DNA from: Camelus dromedarius
Lineage: Eukaryota
Direction: 5' to 3'
Length of the DNA: 64,000 nucleotides
Assembly (NCBI RefSeq): GCF_036321535.1
Contig: NC_087438.1
Location: 7,256,001-7,320,000 of the forward strand
Position 1 is the first letter of the stretch; every line of letters begins with the position of its first letter. A program made the position numbers and the translations under genes. Below are positions 27,301-39,300 of the stretch, piece by piece. The notes below the pieces were generated by a model. The model was given only the letters and a program-made list of their open reading frames with translations. It did no database searches and was not told the DNA's origin.

Positions 27301-30300
27301 CTAGTAGTTGCTGCATAATGGATAGGAATAGATTGTTAAAATTAGTGCTTCAAGTTGATGTTTACATATATAAATAGAGTTGAATTTGAAAGTTTACCTT
27401 TCCCTGGGGCCTGCTTGAGTCATCCTGAGAGTTGGGTGTGAGAACAAAATAGGAAAAATTCTGCATATTGTTTTTCCTTACCCTTAAAAATTTTCTTATG
27501 CTTTATAGTACACATAATATATTAGTAAAATAATAAATATGTGTAATTTATAAACAAATGTAAAAATATTAGGAATACCTGTTCAAAAGAAAATTTCTAC
27601 TTACGAATACTTGGTCACGAAGGTTTGGCAACCAGATCCTATAGATTGACTCTGATTTTGTCTTCATGATTCTTTCCTCCCCCTTTGAATCTGTACTATT
27701 CAGTTGTTTTTGCCATAAAGGGAAGATAATTAAATCTTATTAAGAATGAATTATAATTTTGTTAACATGGCAAGAAAGACTTGAGGAAAAGAGACTCTAA
27801 GAATTTTCAGTGTGAAAATTTTAAGGCTAGTTTTTAATCTAACCATAGTATCATCAAATTTTACAAAATTAACAGAATTTAATGTTACCTATCAATAGAT
27901 CATATAAAAAATTCTAGATTGTCTCCTTAAATGTCATTTTATAGTTGCTTTGTTTGAATGAGGATTCAGATAAGGTCTACACATAACTTTTTTTTCTTAA
28001 GTTTTGGACAAAAATTTATTAAATTACACTAAAGTTCATCTGTTTTTAAAACATAGGTGAGAACAGTCAAAAAGATTTTGAGAAAAGTGTACTGAGGGAG
28101 GCTTGCATTGCCCAGATACTGAAATTTTTTTAAGCTATAGTAATTAAAAATTTTTGTACAATTTTTAAAGGTTACTGTCCATTTACAGTTGTTATGGAAT
28201 ACTGGCTCTATTCCCCGTGTCATACATACAGTGCATCCTTGAGACATCTTACATCAGCAGTTTACTGTTACTTTTGGTTGTTAAGTCTTAAGTTCTCGTT
28301 GATCTAGAATAATCTTCTGTTTGCTCCCCTCATTTGTCCCCACCCTATTTTGCCATTGATTTGTCTAAGAGACTAGGTCAGCTGTCTCCTAAGTACCTCA
28401 CTCCTGTGTTTGTCTGAATACTTACTGATGATGTCCGCTCCCTCGCTCCTTTGTCTCCGTATTTCCTTTAAACTGGAAGTTACATCTGAGGGCCTGATTA
28501 GATTCAGGTGCAGTGCTTCTGGGACAGAACCTTCACTGGTCATGCTTTGCCTATTAATATGACATATGAAGAAGTGGAAGAAACCTGGTTAATTCATCTT
28601 TATCTGTGGTTCAGGTGATGGTATCTTGAAGCTTCTGTTGTTAGATTTCATTTTTCCCTTAACTGTCAGAAAGTAATCTGTGGGAGGTGATATTTTAGTA
28701 TTGTGCAGATACCTAGTGCTCCATCAGCCTTTTACTTAATTGTTTTATTATCCCTTGATACTTGCCTGAAGTAATTTATTTTTTATTAGGCATTGCAAAA
28801 TGGTGATTTTCAGATTCCGTCATCTCTTTTTAAACATTTATTGGCTGGCTTTTCTATAAAAAAGCTTGTTCTAGAACTATTTAGTTAACCTGCATTTGTT
28901 TGTTCAGAAGAAGCAGGGCAAATGTATAGTTCTTTTCCTTTAATTACTACTTTTCAGGATAAGGAATTGATATGCTGACTACTTCCTTTGGTAATAAAAG
29001 TAGTTTCTGTTATGTAGCTTTTTTTCCTTTTGTGGTTTTTTTTTTTTTTTTTTTTTTTTGGCTTTCTCTTTTTTTGAGTATTACGAACTCACGGATTTGC
29101 ATGTATTCAATGTGTTTCCATGAGTTTTGGTCATTTTTTTTTTTTTTAATGCTCATATCTTCTTCTCTGACTGTGAGGCCTTTTTCACAATGATTCTTGT
29201 GTCCTTTCACCATGAACTTACTAGAGGTTGGTAACTTTTTTGTTCTCTGGTTATAGAGAATATCATAGGTGATAGGTACATTTTTGGTGTCAGTTCTAAA
29301 ATTCTCCATTTCTCCAAGAAGTCTTTATTCTTTTTAGTGGGGTGGGTAGTAGGAGTGTTTACTGTTTTGATTTTGAACTTTTCATTGAGTTTTTTTCCTC
29401 CCCTTTTAGCATTTTGCCCTTACCACATTGGTCATTTCTCCCTTGTTGGTTTGGGATTTGAAGAACACGTGAGTATAATATTTTTACAAACTTAATTACA
29501 TTGATTTCCCCAAATTTTTGATATTTGTTGAGTAAGTTATAATGTTGTAAAGAGTTACTTCATTTTTCAGCCTGTCTTATATAAAAGAATAGTTATCTAC
29601 GCCATTTTGCTCATTTCTTTTAAACTAAAAATGGCTCAAGATGTAGTAGGACACGTTGCCGGCTAAGGAAGATGCCCTGAATCTCATGATGCACTGCCTT
29701 CCTTAATGTTGGGCAGGCCAGAGACATACTATGGGAAAGTTTTCTTACAGGCTGATTTTTTTTTTTTAATCAACTGTACTTAAGTTAAAAAGTAAACAAC
29801 CTACCAACCAACCCATTTAAAATATGGGCAAAAGAACTGAACCATCATTTTTCCAAAAGAGGAAATGTAAATGGCCAACAGGAACATGAAAAGTTGTTCA
29901 GCATCACTAATATCAGGGAAATGCAAATCAAAATCGCAGTGAGATATCATCTCACACATGTCAGAATGGCCATCATCAAAAAGAACACAAATAACAAATG
30001 TTGGCAAGGATGTGGAGAAAAGGCAACCATTGTACACTGTTCATGGAAATGTAAATTGGTGCGGCCACTATGGAAAACAATATGGAGGTTTCTCAAAAAC
30101 CTAAAAATAGAACCACCATATGGCCCAGCTATTCCACTCTTATAGGCTGATTTTTGACCTGTTCTAATAGCTTGGGTGCTCCTTTCCCTTTTCCCTAGTT
30201 GTCCCATAGTGAATTTTGGAAAGTAGTGATATATGAATCGATTTTTAGAAATGTTGATCTGTGTTGGAATGATGGGCTGTGGTATTTTCTAAAGAATTTG

Positions 30301-33300
30301 CTTTAATTTTGACATTTTGTTGTCTTTCTGAGGTAGTTAAGTATTTGGATGGACAACTATTACTCTTTTGGGGGGGTCTCCAGAAGTATTTAGTCTTTTA
30401 AGACAAGCTGACATCTGGAATATTCTGGTCAATTTGTACGTGTGAATCCTGGGAGATCGCATGATCACATTCTGAAGTATTCTGAAATGCCAAAGAGACA
30501 CATTCCAATGTTTAATACAACTCTCCGAATTCTCACTGGTTGAATGCAAGAACTTGAAAGGCTCAGATAAATGCTTTGATAAATTTTGACTTTCTAGACT
30601 CTCACCACTTACAATTTGAAATTCAGGAACCAAAAAGTTAGGCAGTATTTGTCGCTATTTAAATTCTTACTTTCTGTAAGTTGGGAATGGAACACATTTG
30701 GAGAACAGGGGAAACTGAAACATGGTGGTAGGTGATAGGGTGGCTAGGATGCATCTGGCCGCTGGACCGTGTGGGCAGTTTGCAACTGCTTTCAGCACTC
30801 AGTTTTTACCAAGTCCACTTCAGAATAGAATAGAGTGCAGACTATTACAGCTTTTCCCTTATTTTTGTAAAATTTAATTCATTCTACTCTTATTTTTTCT
30901 TCTTGAGTAAATGTTATTTTAAAATTTTCCCTCATCTTTTTGTAATATGTAGTAGGCAGTGGGAGGTCCTGGTTTGTAGAGATGTCATCCTGAGGGGATT
31001 TATTTGGTTGTTTTTTAGTTATAAATTCCCTAGATAGTTCACTTTTAGTCTGTTTGGATTGTTTGATAAGTATTGTTAAACTGGGGTATAGGCCATGTGG
31101 TAAAATTAAATTTCTTTTTCTTTTTCCTATTTCTAGGTCCAGGCATCTCATTTTGAAGGCCTAATCACAACCATAGTTGGGTATATACTTTTAGCAATAA
31201 CATTGATAATTTGTCATGTATCCTTTAGTGAACCAGCTTGGTGATCAGTAATGTTCATACCCAAGAGTTGTTCCTGTTAATGACAAAACTATTTTTCTCC
31301 ATTTATCCTTTTAGTAAAAGTTGTAGATATTTATAGTGAGGATGACAGCAGAAAAAATATGGAATAAATTAATTCTGTCTGTCTGTCAGATCATATTAAG
31401 TGTTGACATATAAATAGTCACCTGTTTCATTGTATCTTTCTTTAAATGCTCAGTTTTTCCTTGACTGGATGCTGTAGGGCTTGGCCACTCTTGTTAAATT
31501 TCATAGGTCTCGTCGCTTGCTGGGAGTCTGCTATATTGTCGTTAAGGTAATTCATAAGGTATTATGAGTTAAAACTGGAAACGATTTCTCCCCATTTGGG
31601 TGATATTGATGACCTTTATTTTTACTTAAAGGTTTCTTTGTTAGTGGTGGTAGAAATTGGAGTGTTCCCTCTCATTTGTGGCTGGTGGCTGGATATCTGT
31701 TCCCTGGTGAGTTTATTATTCATTATCATGCAATCTAATAATTTTAAAGCTTAAAAAAAGTGGTCTTTAGGATGGGTTCCTTTTAATGGAAAGTCAGTAC
31801 TTGATAATAATTTGGTTTTTTTTCTTTTGAGTGTATCATTGTAGAGTCTTAATATTGCTAATTTTTCTTAAGCACCTGATTTTTTTGAGGCTTTGTGAAC
31901 ATTTTTGATGTCAGAGTAGTTTTGACTGGAACCTTTCTAATAACCAGTGGAGAATTTTCTTACTCATTTGTTCTTCTAAATTTTCTGAAGATGCCAAGAC
32001 ATTATATATGTAAAAAGAATAATCTGGTAGAAAGGCTGCCTTTGTAGTAATAAATTCAACCCTCACCATTTGTTTTAACTAAGGTGATCAGTCTTGATTA
32101 AAATCTTTAATGACTGTCAGTGATAATCAGTTTTTGACTTTTCAAAAAATTTAAATGTAGGAAAGCTGCTTTTGGTTCTGAGAGAGCATTTTCTTCCATA
32201 CTTTACTATAAAACTTGTCATGAATTCAGACCTGTAACCAAGAAGAGAATGTATTAACCAAAAATGGTTCTTTTCACAATAGCAATATTGGTAAAGTTCT
32301 TATTCACCAATTGCTTTATCAGTCTTGCCTCTTTAAAATTTTTAAAGTGTCACGTACATCTTTGAAATAGTATCCAACCTTATATCATTTGTATTTCTGA
32401 GATATCATGAAATGGCTTTAAGAGAATTGTAGTCCTAGAAATATCAGAACCTACATGCATAGTGATTAACTCACTTCCTAGAAGATGTTAACTTGACAGA
32501 TGTAAGTGGTACAGACCTCTCTCACCTGTTCTGATTTAGGAAATGTTTGATGCTACTCTGAAAGATCGAGAATTGAGCTTTCAGTCAGCTCCAGGCACTA
32601 CCATGTTTCTGCATTGGCTGGTGGGGATGGTGTATGTGTTCTACTTCGCCTCCTTCATTCTGTTACTGAGAGAGGTGAGTTCTACAGGGAAGTGTCAACA
32701 CTATACGTTTATAAAAAGGACTTTTGTTTTAACCACAAGTCATGCCTTAAAGGCTGTGATGATTTCCTAACTAAATCATTTTTTCTGTTATTTTATTCTA
32801 AGAAGGAACAGGTATCGACTAGTTTGGCTCAACTGCTTTAAATAGTTTTTAGGCATTTGTCTCAAAAATTGACAAGTTTTATTCTGTTTGAGTTCGAAAG
32901 ATGAGTAAATGGAGGGAAAAGATTAAAAGCACTTGTTTTACTTGGTATATATCAGAACCATCCTCAAATACATATTCTTGGAATTTTATGTGGTGTAAGC
33001 CTGTCTTGGACTTGCAGAACATTTAATGCTGGAAATACCCAAAGGATAGGGTTTTGCAAGATTAAATATGTAAGATGGTCTTGAAGCAGGCGCTTAGGAG
33101 TGTAGAATTATAGTGAGGGGCCTTTATGACTCTGGTTCACTTGCCAGATGGGTACTTGTGCTAATCCTGTTTTCGGAATAGAGTCCTTACTGATTTGAAG
33201 ACAGTGAAAGCAGGGTCAGTATTTGACTAGTATACATCTCTTGCTTACTCATTCTGGTGCAAAAGCAAGTATAAAACTTGAGTAATTCTGCTAAGTGTAC

Positions 33301-36300
33301 TTGCTGGTGTGCATTCTTTCCCTAAACATTACTGCATGCTCCCTCTGTGCCAGACACTGTGCTGTATGCTGAGGTAGCAGTGGGAAACAAAGATGCAGTC
33401 CCCACTCTCCTTTATTTTACATCCTGGGAAGGAATTGCAGCCATGGGACAGGTCTGCTTACTCCACTGAGAGAGGTGATGGAGCTGTGCAGGGCCTAAAG
33501 GAGTGGGCCGACGCAAGTCCAGTGTGGACAGGATACAGAAGCACAAAGGCTCAGTGCTGTTCTTGGTGAACTTTGCTGTTCGGGAGATTTGAGGGGTTGG
33601 AGATGGGGCTGGGGGCCAGAATGTTCTGTTGAATCATATAGTGTAAGTTCAGTAAGTTCTGCTTGCAAATAAAGTTTGCAAACCTTGTTTTGAAACTAGT
33701 GATTAAGACTAAATTAATCTGTTTTTAAATTATAATTATATATGACCACTAAATTACATTGTTCAGTGATAACATATTTTATACTGAATTTTTTCATTTT
33801 ATAGTGTAGTGTTTTTTTGTTGATAACAGAAATTCCTGACATTTTGGAGTTAGGTGGAACCTTAGAGGTCATGTATTGTATAACCCCTTTGTTTGGAAGA
33901 TGGAGAGAGAGAGTTCAGGCAGATGAGATGCTTTACACAGGGTAACTCAGTGAGTTTGGACCGCCCAGAATAATCCCCAGACTCATTCATTGCCCCATTA
34001 CCCACAGCCTCTAGGGTTGATGATTTCTCCTGAGCGACAAGAAAAAGATGTAGGTAGTAAAATGAAGATACTGAGAAGCTGAAGGGTTTCTTAATTAAGA
34101 TAACCCTTCTTGGGAAGTTTGAGAGTGAAATCACATCTTCTGCTTAGGACATTTATAAATTGCAGCCTAATCCTTTCCAATATATAGAGATAATTTTTAT
34201 AAAAATATTTGTTTTTCATCTTGGAGATCTAGATTTCTTGACAGATTATATACTTAAATTTTTTTTTCTTTGAGTGATTAAAAACATTAATGGACATCAA
34301 ACATGGGATATGTTTTCATAAAGATTCTGATTCATAAAGTTCTGGTTAGGAACTTCTTTTCCCAGGAAGGCTATGTGAATTTTGTAGGGCCCATTTTATA
34401 AGATGCTGTAATAATTTTAAGAGCTTATTTTTCTGTTAATGTTTTAGCTCATATACACAGCCTGAAGACATTGGTGAGTATTTATAGCATTTAAAATATA
34501 TTTGCAGGTACTTCGACCTGGTGTCTTGTGGTTTCTAAGGAATTTGAATGATCCAGATTTTAATCCAGTACAAGAAATGATTCACTTGCCTATTTATAGG
34601 CATCTCCGAAGATTCATTTTGTCAGTGGTAAGCATACCTTTTATTGTTTTTGAAGTAAAATGATTTTTCATTTTTTTTTTTTCGGTCTTGGGCACTGGTA
34701 GTGTGGACTGAATAATTTAGGTTTATCTAAACCTTTGGAAGTTGGTTATCAAATAGCTGTTTTAATTGGTTACTTTGATTTAAAAAAAATGTTAGTAACC
34801 AAAAATGCCTTCTGGTTCTTTACTAGTATAATTGATTGTCAAATTACGGGTTTCTGAATTACCTTTAATTTGCATTGAAGCAATGGAAACCTGTTAATAG
34901 CTTCTAAATTAAACTCTTAACAGAAGCATCTCAAAGTTTCTTCCCTGCCTGGAAGACGAAATTGCCTAGTTAAATCTAAGTTTTTCCAAAATAAAATTCT
35001 AAAAGCAATATTGTGTGCCCTTTAGAAGCTTTTGTAGCCATTAATATTAGGGTCATGTCTTATACTTGTTACAGGTGGTTTATTGCATTGCAGATAATTC
35101 TGATCCTTTATTGTGAGTTTCTAACTCTCTCCTCACATACCATGCAGTGATTATCCTTTGTGGCTCCTCTTTGAGCCCTTCTGTCCTTTGAGAGAGAGAG
35201 AGAGAGGGAGCAGCAGTGTCCCAGAAATGCCGTCTTTACATAGAGTGACCCAAGTACAGTGTTGGGTGAGGACCCTTGGTGCCTGGGTGCATACAGATTT
35301 GGATTGTGTATCGAGTGTGTTGGGAAGTCAGCCTGTCTCATGGGAGTGATTTATAGTGGTGCCATGCCCATTTTCTTACTGCAGATCGTCTTTGGCTCCA
35401 TTGTCCTGCTGATGCTTTGGCTACCTATACGGATAATTAAGAGTCTGCTGCCTAATTTTCTTCCATACAATGTCATGCTTTATAGGTAAGTTTTTAAAAT
35501 TCAAAAACTTTACTCATTTAACTCTGTTACAGATTTGATATTCAGAGCACATACATTTAAAACATTCATTTCTTACAGATATTAGAAATCATCTGATAAC
35601 TAAATTTTGCTATGTTCTGAATCACATAAACATTAGTTTAGCAGTTTTATTTTCCAAAGGAAGATTTATTTTTTGCAAACGAAGTGTGCCCTTGCTTATT
35701 AGCATTGAAATGTTTAATGTACCTAATAAGAGTGTGTTGGTCGCGTCATCTTTAAATGAGAAGCACATCATTTGTAATGCAGCCATAGTTATGCATTTAG
35801 TTATAGATTAAAATTAGGATGTAAGACTTATAAATGGACAGTCTTTTTTTTAATTTAAATCTCACATCACTTGGAAAGAGTCTCTTTCACTCCTCCCATT
35901 CCCCCTTTTTCAGAGATTTGCATCATCCCTTCAGTCACCAAATATACCAGGAGAATTAGATTTCCTCCTCAGATTTACTTGTAATTAGTCTTTAAATCTC
36001 GTCAGTTATAATTCTTTATGATCTCTTTATCTATTCCAACTTGATTTACTACTTAATAACTTAGTTTAGGCCTTCCTCTTGTTCTTTATTTATGATCCAT
36101 CCTTAACACACCTGTCTCTTCCTTCATAATGTACACGGTAATACTGGGTCATCTAGAATGATATACAAGGCTGGCATAGTCTCACACTGCCTTCCGAGCT
36201 CCTTATCTTGCATTGTCAGACTTTGAGTTCTGCTCTCCAGCCATGCTCAGCTTCCACTGAGGCTCCCCGTAAATGCCTGTCTGTTCCTGGGCTTTCCCTC

Positions 36301-39300
36301 TTTGTTTGGAATGACCATCTTCCCTTGTTTGCCTGGCATGCTTTTGCTGCCTTTCCTCAAAATCCAAACTGAGATTTTATTCTTTGAATTTTTCCTTAAC
36401 TTGAGTAAGTCATTCCTCCTTCCTTATGTATTTGGGTCATCATAGAACCAGGAAGCATAGTTTTTGGCTTTATTTGTTGTTGAAATAGACCCATTTTGGT
36501 AGTCAGTTATACCTAGAAGTCTAGCAAAGTATAGCAATGTTTCATCCGTTCTTTCATTGAGCAAAACTGAGGGCCCGTTATCTACCAGGCACTTTTCTCT
36601 GTACTAGGGATATAATGATGAACAGAACAGAAGCAAAAAAAATCTCTGCACTTGTGCTTATATTTCAGTAGGGGAGACAACCAATAAAACATAAAATATA
36701 TAGTATGTCAAAGGGTCATAAGTGCTGTGGGGAAAAATGAAACAAAGAAGTGACTGGTGAGGACCTGAGGAGGTGACAGTTGAGAAAGGCCCTGAAGGAG
36801 GTGATGGGGGAGTGAACCATGTGGATTCCTGAAGGGAGAGCTTCCTTGCAGGGGGTTGGGCATCAAGGTCGGTTTGAAGAGCAGCAGGGAGGCCAGTTTG
36901 GTTGCAGTAGAAGGAGGAAGGAAGTAGTCGGCTGTGAGGTTGGAGAGGTCATGGAAAGCCAGGTCCTAGAGAACCTTGGGAGCCATTGTAAGCACTTTGA
37001 TTTTAACTTGAGTGATGTAGGAGGATCTTGGAAAGGTTGTGCAGAGGAGTGATTTGACCTAGGTTTAACAGAGATTGCTCCGGGTGCTGTGATGAGAAGA
37101 GACTAGGTTAGGATGGCCAGGGCAGAAGCAGGACACCAGCTGGGAGGATAACGCAACCATCCTGGTGGGAGGTGAGGGTGGCTAAGATGAAGGAAGTAGT
37201 AGCAGAGGTAATGAGAAGTGGTTAGATTAGGGTATTGTTAGGGTAGTCACTAGGGTTCTCTGGCTGTTTGAATGTGGGGTGAAAAAAGGCAGTCAAGGAT
37301 TTAAGCTTCTGTCTTGAGCACCTGGAAGGATGGAGTTGCCATTTACTAAGATGAGTTTTGTGGAGGAGCAGGATTTAAGGGGAAGAGTGGGAATTTGATA
37401 TTGAACATGACCAATTTAAGATGTCTCATTTCGGCATGAAACATTGAGTTGGCATTTTGGATATATAAGTTAGGAACTAGGAAAGGTGTCTGAATAGTGC
37501 ACAGAAATTTACAGAAAGGTGCTGTTTTAAGCCACAGGAGGATGCATTCATCCAGAGGGCACAAGTAGATAATAGGGGGAGAGGACAGAACATGGGCCCT
37601 TTATTGTTTCCAGGTCGGGCGGGGACTTGAAGAGGAACCAGCAGGTCTTGGAAAGGTGTTCAAGAAGAAAGTGTTTTGAGGAGCAAGGAGTGACCAGTTG
37701 TGTAATATGCTACTAATATAGCAAGTTAGGTGAAGACCAAGACCTAACTTTTGGATTTAAACAACATGAAGGTCGTGGCAACCCTTTTTGGGAACAGTTC
37801 GGGTGGTGGTTGAGAAGGAAGCCTTGCTAGCTTCAGGAGAGATTGGACGTGAGGTGATGAAGAAGACAGTGAGTTCATTCCACTCTTGAAGGAGTTTTGC
37901 TGTCATTCCATTGGGTGTTTAGTTAATATGATACAATTATAATGGAAAATTGAATTCATGCTGTGAATTACGGCTTTTTGTAATTGTTTCAGTGATGCTC
38001 CAGTGAGCGAACTGTCCCTTGAGCTGCTTCTCCTTCAGGTGGTCTTACCAGCATTACTTGAACAGGGACACACGCGGCAGTGGCTGAAGGGGCTTGTGCG
38101 AGCGTGGACTGTCACTGCTGGATACCTGCTGTAAGTACAGGCAGATGACTTGTAGGCGTGGCGTATGTGTCAGTTTAATAACTTTCCTGAAAAAGTGTGT
38201 CCCATGCCCTGCCAGGAAAAGTTAATTTTAATAAGAGAGTTTCATGATATCTACAGGTGTGTATAATACTCATTTATAAAAGCTTTAAACTTTTCTAATT
38301 TTTCTAATCCTTTTTTATCCTTTTATGGAGAATATATGCATGTTTACCTTTCTATAGAGGGTTTGCTGCTGGCCTAGGTTCTTTCACTTCATTACACAAG
38401 GTAAAAATAAAATACTTTTTAGTGCATTAAAAACAAGCCAAGTTACCTTTATTTTAGAAGTCCTGACCTGGTAAAAGAGCTCTTCTCAGATTTGGTTTCC
38501 TAGTCATTTAGCCAGCATGTTGCATTTATTTTTTTCAGGCTTTATATATTCCATGTTTATTTAGAAGTTGAATCTTCGTAGTTTAAACATTTTTTTCAGA
38601 AAATACATCGCATCTTGTAGATTCCTTAATGCGAAGTACAGGCATACTTTGTTTCATTTTGCTTCACAGATACTGCATTTTTTTATAAATTGAAGGTTTG
38701 TGGTAACCCTGCATTGTCGGATGATGATTTGCATTTTTTAACAATAAAGTCTGTTTAAATTAAGGCACGTACTTTTTTTTTTAACACATAATGCTATTGC
38801 TCACTTAATAGATTACAGTATAGTGTAAACATAACTTTTATATGCACTCGGGAACCAAAAAAGTGATCATTTTACTACAATATTTGCTTTATTGCAGTGA
38901 TCTGGAACTCTGAGAGATGCCTGTATGCATCTGGTTGTGCTTGATTGAGCACTTAGCCTTCTCTGACCACCCTGTGTCCTACCATGAGCCACCTTCTTCC
39001 TCGTCTCATTTTTGCTTCAACTGATTTGTGGCTTGGATGTTTTGGTTGAGCTGCATCTCATAGCAGACACAGTGGTCATCTACAGAGAAGAGAAGGAATA
39101 TTTTCCCCCTAAAATTCTTCACATAGAGTATCTTGTACATTTTTTTTTTTCAGTTTTTGATTTCTTCTCAGATACTGGCTGAAGAAAACATAAAATTGAG
39201 GGGTATTCTGAATGTTAATTAACATTAAATTTGGAAAGATTTTATTAAAAGCAAGCACCAGCATTTAGAGTAGATCGAGGTAGTGATGCTGTATATGGAT

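Noticed and set aside
36390..36400. Perfect U12 branch consensus TTTTCCTTAAC
   Set aside because: It lies mid-intron among repeat debris, intron 17 has a U2 donor, and no coding exon follows.
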